A stretch of DNA of 64,000 nt from the human T2T-CHM13v2.0 reference genome, Homo sapiens (GCF_009914755.1 NC_060926.1), one strand, 5' to 3'. Shown: positions 39,924 through 54,619, numbered from the stretch's first letter. A program made the numbers and translations. Notes: generated from the sequence alone by a model not told the origin.

Positions 39924-39971
<48 letters not shown>
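39924..39971. repeat. (ATAG)12 perfect tetranucleotide STR
   Basis: Counted directly, 48 bp. Confidence 0.97.
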
Positions 39972-39972
<1 letters not shown>

Positions 39973-40544
39973 ATAGCTCTATAAATTAAGATATGTATAT
40001 ATATGATTATTCTATAAATTAAAAGCGGACACATTATATATAGAATACAAAAACATTCAATAAATTAGAACATATAGAAATCAACCTATTACAGTTCCAT
40101 AGTATAGTCAGTTCTTTAACCAAAGGGGCAGAATTCCACTAAGTGAGACCCACAGGGGCTGGAACACACTGTCACAAAGAGAAGGAGCACACAACTATTG
40201 CTCTGAGGAGCAAGGAAGCTCAAAGTTTTGAACTTCAAAATGAATGAGTGGGCTGGTCTGATTTTAAAACAAGGCAACCTGATTTTAAAGTCTGATTTTA
40301 AAACAAGTGCTGGCAAGATATGCCTGAAAGTGATGCCTAAAAGGGTTGCTATTTGAAGCCAGTTCCAATGCCTCGTTTGTCCACTGGGTAGGGGTGGTGG
40401 TGGGCGGAAAAGGTTTTATTCTATGGGCAAAGAACTAAAACCACAGACATCACCGTGTAAGATCCAGATAAGTTCTGCCTTACCTTTTTAGCCTCATATT
40501 TTGCCAGCCTCCATGACACTAGACACAATCCCAAACATGTATTT

Positions 40545-40815
40545 ACATCCACACACTCACATACACACTACTCACACACACACTACTCACACACACATCA
40601 AACATGCTCACACACACTAATATATACACATACATTCACACATAACCACACAATACACAAATGCATATACATACACATATACATTCACACATAAACTCAC
40701 ACATACACATACAAAAACACAGCCATATGCATACATTCATACAGACACACATTCATACATACACACACACTAACACACATTCATACAGATGCATACACTC
40801 ACATACACACACACT
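40545..40815. repeat. Degenerate CA/CATA low-complexity tract
   Basis: Read directly. Confidence 0.85.
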
Positions 40816-42329
40816 GGGCCGTTGAAGATTTCAGAAGAGGCCTCTCATTGCCAGTCCCAAGCACAAGCTGAACCCCTATTTACAGAGTCCTCCTCTTTCC
40901 CACCCCCATTGCCCTCACTTTTCCCAGAGAACCCTGCCTGTCCTATATGATCCAACTTAAATGTAACTTCCTTCCAGAAGCTTTCTCTCCAAATCCTGGA
41001 CTGATAACTTCCTTCAGACAACGGCTTTCACAGGTTCGTTCAAAGCAGTACACAAAAAAGATGCATTGCCATAACATCCAACAAAGAAGATTTGAAAAGT
41101 CTACAATGTCAGAGCCCTGCCAGGACACTCTGACAGCCCTTCAACCACCTGACACCAAGTACACAATGTGGGACCAGCACAGAGAAAGCAGAAGAGATTA
41201 GAAAATTCAGATGGATGGCAACAGATGGAATATTTATTTATTTCAAATGCTTTTTTGCTGGGAGAGACACATGAGATGTATATCTTATTTCCAGAGCAGT
41301 CTCAGGGGAAACAGCTGTCATGCAGTTTCATTCCAGAACTCTTTAGTACAGTACAAACAACGTAATGGAGGACAGACAGTCTAAATAGCAGACCACAATA
41401 CAGAGCCGCCTCAATTGCAGTTCATTTTACCCTGTAACTTCTTCTTAACATGGAGTGAAATGTTCCCTACAATAAAACAGTGCAGTGACCTTTGCGTATT
41501 AAATCAGATTTCATGCTCCAGAACTGTGATTAAAATATTCCCATGCTACTTTTTCCTCCCAAATGGAACCAAAGTGCTTTAAGAAAATTTACTGAATCCT
41601 TGAAAACCAAATGATCCCTTAATAGCCTTAGGTAAGTTACTGCAAAATTTAATTTCTGCTAACCTACCTGAGATTGCAAACAGAAAAATAAACGTGTGAT
41701 ACTTACCTGCCTGCTGCATTCTCCTCTCTGACCCACACTTCAGAGTGTGCCATACTCTTGTAAAACAATCAAGGATGCCTATTGTCTTGCAGTGACTCCA
41801 GGCACCTGTAGCATTGACTTTTGTCCCTCTTGGGCCATAGATAGAAATACTCATGGTTCACCCTTTAAGAGCCCATTTATCTTGTTAAGAAGGTCATTCT
41901 GCAACTTTTTTCTTAACCAGAATGAACACCGACTTGTTTCTGAGAGTCTGATCATTAAGAACAAAATAATAGATACCAAGGATTATATATTTATTTAAAA
42001 CATTGTATCTGTACATTTAATCATTTATTGTATTGGTATGGTTTAAAATATGTGTGTGTGTGTGTTTTAAATCTCGAATCTCTATTCTCCCCCTGCCTTT
42101 TTAGACAACAGCACCATGCTGTCCTTTTAGTGAATTATGTCTCCCCACTTTGTGGGCCCTTGGTGCAGCCATTAATCAAGGCATGCTTCTCTCCTCTAGT
42201 CAAAGGGCAGGCCAGTGAGCAAGACTAGAGCAATTTTGAGTTAATTGATAGGAAAAGAAAATAGTTGGCACTGACCCCTTTCAGGGCTGGAACCCTGATG
42301 AGTTAGTATCTAATTAGGGGCCATAGATT

Positions 42330-42505
42330 GGTTTCTGCTATCTAGTTCTCCGGAACTACCCTGAATGCTGTTCCCTTCCCAGCCTGGGTTTGCAGACTTT
42401 CCTTCAATTCTGTATGCAACTAATACCTTTTTAATGTATATATTTTTTTCTGCTTGATAAACCAGAATAAATTTTGGTGCTTGGAACCAAAGAATCCTTA
42501 TTATG
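42330..42505 (+). mobile_element. ERVL LTR 3' part (LTR40/41-like)
   Basis: CCTTCAATTCTGTATGCAACTAATACC...TGCTTGGAACCAAAGAATCCT. Confidence 0.5.
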
Positions 42506-42999
42506 AAAGAGCTTACAACCAGATGTGATGTTAAGGATAAAGACAGGGAACATTACAAAAATAGAGAAAACAACAGCTCACTGTTAGTAAGCAACAATGG
42601 GAGGATAGCTAGCAAGAATCACAGCCAAAATCATGCCACAGACTCAGTCCAGGGAGAGGCGAGCACTGCTGGTACCAATCTTCACCAACTGGTGCAGCAG
42701 CCCTGAACTCTGGATATCACTGCTGTCCCCATGGCATTACTGCCTCTGAATAATGGATATGATTGCTGCCTGTTCCACCAAAACAGAAATTTTTACTGTC
42801 CCAAGTAAAAGATCCAGTGGGTGCATCTAATTGACTGAGTCAAGGTTACATGCTCACACTGAAGCTTTCTAAGGGTGTTAGAGTATCTTGCCATTTCCAC
42901 TGTTAGTAAACGTTCCCAGTTAGTAAACTTGATTGAATTAAAAATTTCATTCCACATCAGAAACCCCAACACCAAGGTATCCATCCAAGTTGTACCTGC

Positions 43000-43082
43000 A
43001 TTCTTGACCCACGGAAACTGTGAGAGAATAAATATTTGCTGTTTTAATATACTATGTTTAAGAGCAATTGACAACTAATAAA
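43000..43082 (+). mobile_element. MLT1 LTR 3' end
   Basis: TTGACCCACGGAAACTGTGAGAGAATAAATATTTGCTGTTTTAA...ACAACTAATA. Confidence 0.6.
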
Positions 43083-43323
43083 CACTCCAATTAAAAAACA
43101 GGGATATTCCAACTGAATATAAAAGTAAGACTCAACTATATGCTGCCTAGAAGAAACATACTCTATAAAGACATAAATAGTTTAAAAGTAAAAATGTGGA
43201 AAAAGATGTATCAGGTTAACAATAATGAAAGACAGCTGGAGTGGCTCTATTAGTAATAAATAAAGTAGATTTCAGAGCAAAAATATAACCAGGGAAAAAT
43301 ATGATCATTTCATAATGATGAAG

Positions 43324-43436
43324 GAGTCAATTCACCAAGAAGACATAATAATCCTAAATGTTTATGCACCCATAATGGAGCTTCAAAATATATGAAGCAA
43401 AAACATACAGAACCAGATACATCACAATTATACTAG
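43324..43436 (+). CDS. Putative spliced ORF, terminal coding exon from L1M ORF2 in an alternative frame (GVNSPRRHNNPKCLCTHNGASKYMKQKHTEPDTSQLY*)
   Basis: Acceptor CATTTCATAATGATGAAG|GAGTCAATTC, equivalent to the cryptic L1 ORF2 acceptor ATAATGGTAAAG|GGATCAATTC; phase 1 matches the microexon; TAG at 43434-43436. Confidence 0.45.
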
Positions 43437-43479
43437 AAGATTTCAACACCCCTTTAGCAATAGTTGATAGAATAGTTAG

Positions 43480-43830
<351 letters not shown>

Positions 43831-44736
43831 AGCCTGACTTAATTGATATGTATAGAACATGCCACCAACAGCAGAATATACATTCTCTTCAAGTACACAC
43901 AGAACATTTAGTAAGATAGGCATTCTGAATTATAAAATACATCTCAGTAGATTTAAAGGACTTAAATCATGTTCTCTGACTACAGTGAAATTAAATTTGA
44001 GATCAATAACAGAAAGTACACTGGAAAAAAACCCAAATATTTGAATACTAAGTAACACACCTCTAAAAAAAACTTAGGGGGTCAAAGAATAAATAAAAAG
44101 GAAAATTATAATGTATTTTGCACTGAATGATCAAAACACAGCATATCAAAATTTGTAGGGGCAGTGAAAGCAGTACTTAGAGGGAAATTTATAGTGCTAA
44201 TTGCCTATATTAAAGAAAAGAAGGTCTCAAATCAGTGACCTTGGTTTCCATGTTAAGAAACTGGAAAAACAAGAGGAGACAAAAATATAAGTAGCATAAG
44301 AAAGTCTGTAGTAGAAGTAATGAACAAGTAAAAAGTATTAGAAGAGAGGAAATTATAAATATCAGAACAGAAATCAATGAAATAGCAAACAGAAAAAAAT
44401 AAACAACAAAGAGCAAACAGGAAAAAACCTGTTCTTTGAAAATATCAATAACACTGATAAATGTTTAACTAGACCAATACAGAAAATAAGAGAGAAGACA
44501 CAAATAACAAAATTACCTTATATCTATTAAAGAAATACAATTTTAATAAATTTGAATCATCATAAAGAAGACTTCAAGCCCAGATGGCTTTGTTGGCAAA
44601 TTCTACTAAACATTTAAGGAAGAAATAATACCAATTTCACATAAAATATTCCAGAAAACTAAAGGAGGAGGGATAATTTCCTTCTCCCGCTATGAGGCCA
44701 GAATTATGATACAAAAGATAGGCAAAGATATTATTA

Positions 44737-45103
<367 letters not shown>

Positions 45104-46699
45104 TTAACAATTTCAATTCAACCATACAAAACAAAAATATCATGCCAAGTGGGGTTTAGATGAGGACTGCAAATTTGATTTAATAGTTGACAATTATTCA
45201 ATGTATTTTTAGCATATGAATAGACTAAAGAAGAATAGTCATATGATCATTTCAATAGATGCAGAAAAAGTATCTGATGAAATCCAACATCCATTCATAA
45301 TAAAAACTAGAACTAGAGGAAATCTGAAAGAAATTATGTGGCTGACATCATACTTAATGGTGAAAAACTGAATGTTTTGCCCCCATACTAGGAATAAGGC
45401 AAGGATGTCCATTCTCATTTCTCTTCAACATTGTACTGAAGGTTCTAGCCAGGGCAATCAGTGAGAAAAAGAAATAGAAGACATATATTTTGGAAGAGAA
45501 AAAGAATCAAAGTTATCCTAATTCACAGGTGACTATGATCATCTTCAAAGAAAATCTGAAAGAATCTACAAAAACTGGTACCAGAACTAATAAGTTTCAG
45601 GATATAAAGTCAATATATAAAATTAATTGTGTTTGTAAATACTAGCAGTGAACAATGGGAAATTAAAATTTTTTTTAAATTATCAATTATATAAGCATTA
45701 AAATATGACTTATGGATAAATCTCACAAAAGATGTACAATATCTATAAACTGAAAACTATAAAACATTTCTGAGAAAAACCAAAGAAGACCTAAATAAAT
45801 GAAGCTATATACCATGTTCATGAATGGGAAGCATCAATATTGTTAAGATATTAATTCTTTCCAAGTTTATCTATGGATTCAATACAATCCTGCTAAAAAA
45901 TCCCAACAGAATTTTTTGTATAAATTGATAAGCTATTTCTAAAATTCATGCAAATATACTAGAATAACTAAAACAACTTTGTAAAAAAAAAAAAAAAGTT
46001 AAAGTACTTACACTTCCTGGCTTCAAGACTTACTATAAATCTATAGTGAGCAAGATGGGTGGTAAAGATAACAGATCAATGGAACGGAAAAGACCCCTTA
46101 AATAGACCCATGCATATAAAGACTATTATATTCCAAGAAATGTGTAAGTATGGAGAAAATGTGTGTTTTTTCCTACCCTTTTTAACAAGGGTGAAGAAAG
46201 GATGGTCTATTCAACAAGGTACTGGAACAATTGGGCTATCCATATGCAAAAATATGAACTTTGAAACATAACTTGCACCATATACAAAACTTACCTGAAA
46301 ATGAATCACATATGTAAATGTAAAACTGAAGAGTATACAACTTTTAGCAGAAAACATAGGAGAAAATCTTTGTGTGTTTGGGTTGGGTAAAGATTTCTTC
46401 CGTATAACACCTGATAGATTATTGTAACGATTAAATAAAATAATAAGAGGAAAGCTCTTAGGAGAATACCCATGGAATATGCAATAAATGTAATCTCTTA
46501 TTGTTAAATGCATGCATTACTTTGAGGTTTTGAATATTTTTAAATTTGAACCTTATAATGACCAAAGGTGGTAGGAAGGGATTATTAGCCACATTTCTAT
46601 AAAATAAGAAACTGAAGTTCAGAGAGGTTAATGACTTAAGTTATTCAAAGTTACCATATTAGACAAAAGTGAATTTAGCTTCAAGTTTGTTAGCTTCTC

Positions 46700-47140
46700 T
46701 TGGGTAACAGAAACCTTTAACAAATATGAGTTAATTTCTCTCAAATAACATAAAATTGGGTGGAGGGCATTGCTGGTGTTGGCTCAGTGGCTACACAGTC
46801 AAGTCAGTTTTCAAATCATGGCTCAAGGTACACGGCTTTTGATTGTTTTGACTTTCCTCTTAGAGATGTGAGAAGGCTACTGCATCTCCATACACCCACT
46901 CAGAGGAAGTTCAGCCCAGAGGGCTTTTCTTCACATCTTTCTCTCATCATGGAAGAGATATCTTTTCTGGTAACCCCACAGACTTCCTCTTACTTCTCAC
47001 TGTCTAGAGGTGAGTTATAATTTCCATCCCTGGGTTAGTGGCTGGGTCCACTCTCCTTGAGATGGAAGAATCTCTTTCATCTCATCACACACTTGAATAA
47101 AATTGGGATTTTGCTAGTAGGGAAAACAGGACTAACTTCA
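46700..47140 (-). mobile_element. MLT1K/L-like LTR
   Basis: GTAACAGAAAC...CAGACTTCCTCTTACTTCTCACTG...AATAAAATTGGGATTTTGCTAGTAGGGAA. Confidence 0.6.
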
Positions 47141-47600
47141 TTACCAGTATCCACCACAACCACGCAGACGATCATGGAGATGCCTGGATTCAAACTGGGT
47201 TTTATGACTTCAATTCTAGTCTACTTGCCACTACATAAAACCAGCCTAGCATGATGGCACTGTGCTAGCATTGGGCTACAAGGATGAAAAGCCATATTCC
47301 ACGACCTCAAGAATATTCTCTGAGAAGACAGAAAACAGTTATAATAATAAGCAAATAAAATACTTGCTTTGGAGATATATATATATCTCACATTGTGGTA
47401 GATGGAGATGTCAGACTGGAGGAGTAAAGCCTCCCAAAGTAGCATTTGAAGAGTGAGTAGGAGTGAGTAGGCATTTACCAGGTAGACTTGACTGATGGTG
47501 AGTAAGGAGTGCCCAGTATAATCAAAGGCATGGAGGTGCAAACAATATGACATTTTCAGAATTCGATATTACTTTATTAAAGCTTAAAATACAAGAGATG

Positions 47601-47960
47601 TGCATTAGTTTGTTCTCATGCTGCTATAAAGAACTGCCCGAGACTGGGTAAATTATAAAGGAAAGAGGTTTAATTGACTCACAGTTCCACAGGACTGGGG
47701 AGGCCTCAGGAAACTTACAATCATGGCAGAAGGGGAAGTAAACATGTCCTTCTTCACATGGCAGCAGGGAAGAGAAGAATGAGAGCTGAGTGAAGGGGGA
47801 AGCCCTGTATAAAGCTTACTCACTATCACGAGACTAGCAAGGGGCAAAATCACCCCTATGATTTAATTACCTCCCATCAGGTCCCTCTCAGGACACATGG
47901 GGATTATGGGAGCTACAATTCAAGATAAGATTTGGGCAGGGTCACAGCCAAACCATATCA
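47601..47960 (-). mobile_element. THE1C-like solo LTR
   Basis: TGCATTAGTTTGTTCTCATGCTGCTATAAAG...ACAGCCAAACCATATCA; TSD AGATG/AAATG. Confidence 0.9.
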
Positions 47961-48315
47961 AAATGAATAATTGGACTACCAAAAATTGAAGCTGGACAGG
48001 GAGGCTGCATATGTACTGTAGTTGATGGGACACAAACAAAAAAAGAAGTCTGTTTGATCAGGGAATTTCAATTTGGTCAGGGAAGGTGATTGGAAAGCTC
48101 ATAGTAAGGTTTTTAGTTAAAAGACGATTCTGCTTCTGTCTCTATATAAAGTAACCTAGATGACAGCTGAGGTCACCTCATCCTTTGAAGGATGAAAATT
48201 AAAGAGAATGAAATTTTGTCCTTTGAAAATTAAAGGAGTTCAGCTTCTTCTTTGGGTTGTCTGTCCTATGGAAAGTTTGATGCCCACCCTAAGATTCTGG
48301 CAACTTTTCAGGGGC

Positions 48316-48762
48316 TGTCTTAGTTTTCGATGGCTGCAATAACAAAGTTTCAACAAACTGAGCGTCTTAAAACAATAGTAATTTATAGTCCAACAGTTCT
48401 GGAGGCTGGAAGTCTGAATTCAAGGTGTCAGCAGGGCCACAGTCCCTCCGAAGGCTCCAGGAAAGAGTCCTTCCTTACCTCTCCAGCTTCTGATGGCCAA
48501 GCCACTTGATTTGTAGTGGCATAACTCCACTTTCTATCTCCATCTATGCAGGGCCTTCTTCTGTCTGTGTCTCTTTGACTTCATCTTCTTCTCTTTTTAT
48601 AGGGAGAACAGCTGCTAGATTTAGGACATCATCCTAAATTTAGGATGATTTCTTCTTGAGATCCTTAATTATATCTACAAAATACCCTGTTTCCCAATAG
48701 GGTCACATTCTGAGGTACCAGGTGGACATGAATTTTTGAGGGACACTATTCATGCTACTGGA
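48316..48762 (-). mobile_element. MLT1B/C solo LTR
   Basis: CAGTTCTGGAGGCTGGAAGTCTGAATTCAAGGTGTCAGCAGGGCC...GGTCACATTCTGAGGT...GGACACTATTCA. Confidence 0.85.
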
Positions 48763-48826
48763 AGAGCTCATAGTCTCATGGTTAGTTTGGCTCTAAGTTT
48801 CTGCTCATAATAAAACCTTAATCTCA

Positions 48827-49232
48827 AACATCACATGTTCTTACTCATACACAGGAATTAAAAATGTGGAGCTCATAGAAGTAAAGAGGAGAATTGTGGT
48901 GACTAGAGGCTGAGAAAAGTGGAATGGAGATAGGGAAAGGTGGATTAATGGACACAAAATTACAGCTACATAGAAGGAATAAGTTTTAATATTCTCTAGC
49001 CCTGAAGAGTGACGTATAGGTAACAATAATTTATTACATATTTCAAATAGCTAGAAGAGAGGATTTTGAATGTTTCCAACCAATAAATGATAAAAGTTTG
49101 AGGTGATGGATGAGCTAATTACCCTGATTTGATCATTACATGTTGTATACATGTATCTTGTATACATGTACCGAAATATCACTGTTTCCCACATATGTAC
49201 AATTATTATGTATCAATTAAAAATAAAATTTA
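48827..49232 (+). mobile_element. 5'-truncated L1MA4-like 3' end
   Basis: L1MA 3'UTR; 15-bp TSD AAAA(C/T)CTTAATCTCA at 48812-48826 and 49233-49247. Confidence 0.88.
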
Positions 49233-49455
49233 AAAATCTTAATCTCACATCTCATTTTCCATGGATATATTATTTTCTTTGCTAGATACCAGCCAAGATG
49301 TAGAACTCAGTCCTTTTCCTTGATGTGCCCCAAATCTGTTCACTAAGTTGTTTATGAGCACAGAACTTATAGAGAAATGGATGATGCACACATTTCAGCA
49401 ACACACACATTAACTTGGAGGATGAGGAATTTGTGTTCTTAAGTGCCCCTTGCTA

Positions 49456-49762
<307 letters not shown>

Positions 49763-50311
49763 ATGTGCCACTTGGTGAGCTCACTTCTGGAAATTTTTCA
49801 TTCTCAAACTCATCAGAACCCAGAACGCTGTTTTATTCCTGTCCCCTTTCTCCGTCTTTCTACCTACCCTGCTATCTTTTCTTCCTGGCTCCTCCATTCT
49901 GCCTGCCCCCTACCCACCTCCCCCGACTCTGATTATTCTTGTGAGGTTTGTTCAGTTTGTTTCACTGTCCTTTCATATCCAGCCCTCGAGAGGTCATCTT
50001 CTATGTGTAGCAAAGAGTTCTATTCCACAAAAATAGTTCTCTCCCAGAGGAACCCAGGGGCCATCTGTCAAAATATTAATATTAGTTGTTTCACCCTACT
50101 ACAAGGCAAAGAATGATAAACAGCACAAAAATCAGAAACGTCTGTACATAGATTATGAAGTCTACTCTTTGAAGGGGTTGAACACTTTTATTTCAATTAA
50201 GTTTCATTATAATACACTTGGGAGGCTCATTTAAGTAGTTAATGAGCTAAGGCACTGATTGAGATAGATGTGTTTATTGCTGCCTCACTAATAAGAAACA
50301 AAATTTTATAC

Positions 50312-50570
50312 CGTGTGTGTGTGTGTGTGTATGACATACTTATGATATATATGTATATAATTATCATGTAGATATTTAATCAGTATGTATGTATATGTTA
50401 TGTATACTGCTAGTATGTATATATTAAGTACATAGTATATATGTATTTAAGTAGCATGCATGTATATTATGTATATAATATATATGTTATGTAGATACTG
50501 TGCATGTATACATTATGTATACTAGTATTTGTGTATATAATATATGTATTCTATTAATAGTATGTATTAG
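50312..50570. repeat. (GT)n followed by TA-rich low-complexity tract
   Basis: Read directly. Confidence 0.85.
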
Positions 50571-50760
50571 TAAGCACTTTGCTGAGTAATATCCATTGAG
50601 TTCCTTATCTAATCCTCATAATTAGGAGTTAGCTATTGTTATTTCCTCCACTTTACAGATAAGGAATTGAGACTTAAAGTTGTGAGATGCCTTTCCCAAG
50701 GTAAATAATTAGGAAATGACAGAACCTGTCTCTAGTAGTGTCCTTGCTCTTAACCCAATG
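50570..50760 (-). mobile_element. MIR
   Basis: TAATCCTCATAA...CCACTTTACAGATAAGGAATTGAGACTTA...CCCAAGGT. Confidence 0.7.
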
Positions 50761-51514
50761 ATTATCACTGCTGAAGAACATATACTAAAATGTTAACAGT
50801 GGCTATATCTGGGGGGAAGATAACATTTGATTAAAATATGCTTTTCTGGATTTGTTGAATTTTCTCCAATGAACACATATGACATTTGTAATAGGAAGCC
50901 TGCTCCCCCCTCCCACCAATAAATTTTATAAAGAGACAATCACACCAGTTTCTTAACTGATTGAAAATGCAGGGCTATTATTTTTTAAAAGTCAACATTA
51001 AACTATGATAATATTATTGCCTAATATTTTGTATATTGCTTTATAAAATACAAATTATGTTCACATGCATTTCTCATTGAGTCTTTCCAATCTCTGTGGA
51101 TTAGAAAGGTACATATAATGAGGTATTATTATCACCCCTTTTGTTTGTCAAATGAAGATGAAAGAATCAATTCACTCTCCGCTCTCATAAAATCATGAAA
51201 AAAACTAGCTTGACTTCAAGCTTCCTAGGGACTGGGGCTGCATCTGAAATGCCCTTGCAGCTACATCTCCAGCCCATAGCACAGAACTTACCACATAGTA
51301 GGTGCTAAACAAAATCTGAAAGAATGAAATCTAGTGCCTTACTCTTGGTCATGTCTTCTACCCATTGACCTCTAACTCTGGCCAGCTGAAATGTAATCTT
51401 TTTATTTGTACTCTCCAGTTAGGACTTTAAAAAGTTTGTTTTCTTAGACACCACCCTTAAAAGGGATTACACACAAAAATGGAGGAGTTGCAGAGAGGCA
51501 TTTTAGCATTTGTG

Positions 51515-51900
51515 TGTGTGTGTAGTAAAATATACATAATAAAATTAACTATACTGTACAATTCAAGGGCACTTAGTAAATTCACAATGTTATGCAACCA
51601 TCACCATGATCTAATTCTAGAACATATGCATCACCCCCGAAAGGAAACCCATGCCCATTAAGCAGTCACTTCCCAACTCCCCATCCCCTCAGTCTCTGGC
51701 AACCACTATACTGCTTTCTGTCTCTATGGATTTGCCTCTTCCAGATAGTTCACATAAATAGACTCACACAATATGTGGCTTTTTGTGTCTGGCTTCTTTA
51801 ACTTAGCATAATACTTTTGCGGTTCATCTGTGCTGTGACATATTTCAGTATTTCTTTTATTTTCATGGCCGAATAAAGTCCATTGGGTGGATATTCCACC
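51515..51900 (-). mobile_element. L1MB-like 3' end
   Basis: TTCACAATGTTATGCAACCATCACC...CTGGCAACCACTA...TTTCTGTCTCTATGGATTTGCCT. Confidence 0.85.
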
Positions 51901-53316
51901 GAATCATTTTCTAAGGGGAGAAACAGGTCCTAGTATGAAGAGAGGTTTGCCCAAGGAAGAGGAAGTTCACTCAAGCTTGCCTTCACTTGGACCTTCCAAC
52001 TCAAGAAGTTTGTTTCAGGAAGATACTGAGGAGTTATTCTCCATGTCTGTGGAGAACAAAATGAAAGGAAATCCATGGAGGGCAGAAGAGATTCTTGACT
52101 GAGCATAAGGGAGAAGTTCCTGATGATCTGGGCAGTTAAACCAAGAAACCCAATTGGGACCGCCGACCTTGAGAAAGAGAAGGGTCATCCCTTCATTCCA
52201 GATCAGTATTTGTGGGGCATTTACCACCTAGAAGCATAGGACTAGGCCAGGTGACACTTCAAAATCATTCTCACGCTGTAATTCTAGGATCATGGGAAGG
52301 AAAACTTAAAGGATTGAAAAGTAAATCACAGAGAGTTTGTGAAGATAGAAAACTGACCACTTAGGTAACTGCATAAATAGCTTAAAATTACATAAATTGG
52401 CTATAATGTTGGAAAGGGGCATGTGACATTCTAACAGAAAAACAAATTAGCTAATGGAATAAAACAGCAATTGATGGCATTGATTATAATTTGTAGTGCA
52501 AAGAAAAAGGTCAACTCATCTCCTGAATTTTATTTGGGTTAATGATAATTATGTTTAGGTAAAAAGAAATGAAAATCCTAATTGCAAGATAATGTCAGCT
52601 CTTTAGAGAACATTTTGTGCCCAACCTAAAAGAGATAGATAGAGAAAGAGAAGAAAGCACAATTATTATTTCCTTCATTTCAAACCCAAGTTAATATAAA
52701 TTATCTGGAAGGAAAAATTATCTGTGCAGATGTAAAATATTATAAATTCTCAAATAATTAGACTTAGATATCTTAAGAAAAACACTCACCAGTGCTTTCA
52801 AACCAGTTTTAAGTCCTAATCCTTGTATGCTTAAATAAACATTGCACACACAGATGCAGTGTGTGAAGCAGGCTCTGCTTTAAGAGGGGAAAGATTACAT
52901 TTCTGTGTTTACCCAAGAGCTGACTAAAACACATTCCATTTGGCTGGGACACACAGAAATTAGTTTGAGAAACTGGAAAGGGAACTTTATGTGTTTTAAC
53001 ATAACAGACTGAACGTGGTGTATATTTTACAGATATCATGAGAAGTTTCTCTCCTCCACCTTTTACTGAGCCATCAAAGAGGCAATTGTGTGAACGAAAT
53101 AACACAGTAACATGTCACATTCCATTTACATCGATTTATCAAATCCAGGAAGAAGCCTTCGCACTTTCCGGACTAGTGATCAGCACTAGGCCAGTATGAA
53201 AAGCTGAGAAATGGAGAGTTTTCAAGGAAAATACACATTAAAAATAAGTACCAAAAAATCATTTTTTTTTTGCACATACTTTTACTTTTATTGACTTAGG
53301 TTTTGAAAAGTTAGTC

Positions 53317-53593
53317 TAGGGTAGCAACATGACTTTTGGGGGCCTTAGGCACCTTTACTTTGATGGATCCCATTCTTCATTTAAAAAATATTAAAAATTA
53401 TATTCTATGACTGCATTGGTATAGAGATGAATATAATCCAGGGTGGTTTTATTCTTATATATTCACTATTATTCAATTCAATAGTTTCTCCTGATTTTCA
53501 AAGAAATGAAAATAAAACCATTTTCATGGGCCCCTAGAAATGTTGTGGGCTATAAATCTGTGTCTGCTGTGCCTGATGGATACATCAGCCCTG
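53317..53593 (-). mobile_element. ORSL-like hAT-Tip100 MITE
   Basis: About 277 bp, ending GCCTGATGGATACATCAGCCCTG; 8-bp TSD AGTTAGTC/AGTCAGCC (6 of 8 match). Confidence 0.7.
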
Positions 53594-54619
53594 AGTCAGC
53601 CAGTACGCAAATAGCCCATATGGTGAGCAGAGGTCTGGACTAGGCCCAGGGGCAATGCAAAGAAGTGTAAGATGTAACATAAAATGCAGCTGAATTGAGG
53701 AAACTTACATTCAGAGAGGGATAAGGAGCTAAAGATTGATACGAGACACTGGAAATTACGGGGTAGATGGGAAGGATAGACAGGGGTGAAGGTGAAGGGT
53801 GAAAAAGATGAAGGTGGCAGATTATGTAGGAGGTTATTGCTGTATCCAAATTAAAGTTTTAAGGACTTGAGTGAGCTTGACGACAGTGAAAATGGTTAAT
53901 TAAGAAAGAAAAAGACTTGAGAGAAAGGACATAAAGAACAAGGAAGGGGAAGAAGTCACCAACGATGCTGTGGTATTAGATGGCATCTTATGCCTCAATT
54001 CTTAAAGGTTTTATGTCACATTATTATGATTTTCTTACATGCTGGCCTTCAATATTTCATTTAAAATGTTCTCTCTTTATTTCCTGTTCCCACAAAAAGA
54101 CATAGCCAGACTTATAAGTATAATTAAAATGTGACTTCAATTGAGCTATGTGACCATGTTTCCATCTTGTTCTTAGCAGCCATCTCATTCCCTCCCTACC
54201 CCCACCCCCAATACTCTGCATTTGTCAAAATCAGAAGTGCATTTTAAAAGAAGATTGGTTCAAATTCATGTATCTGGCCTTTTAAAACTGTGTCAGCCTG
54301 GTCAAAATGTCCTTGCCACCCAACACATTCTGGGCCGTTCCCTAGTAACAGATACTGAAGAGATGACCCATTTGAGTGGAAATTGAAATCAGCATTTCGA
54401 TACTATTTTTGGTTTGGTTTCAAAGCCATGTGCTCCTTCCTCTACAACTGGCACCAAGCACAGTGGTAGCTTGTAGTACTTTGGAATAACTTTCCAAATA
54501 TTTTTAGTGTTTTCTCTCTGAAAATATGAATGTTCCAAAAAAGGGAGACGAGTGGAAAACCCAGACCCAGGAGATGCTCAGAGATGCATTCAATATGACC
54601 AATTATTTAGGGACCAATT

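Noticed and set aside
40256-40307. Short local duplications (also near 22682, 29293, 47451, 49143)
   Set aside because: Ordinary 10-18 bp slippage duplications with no sign of function.
41701-41709. Consensus minus-strand donor CAG|GTAAGT
   Set aside because: No convincing paired acceptor, and the overlapping 91-aa ORF is unrecognisable.
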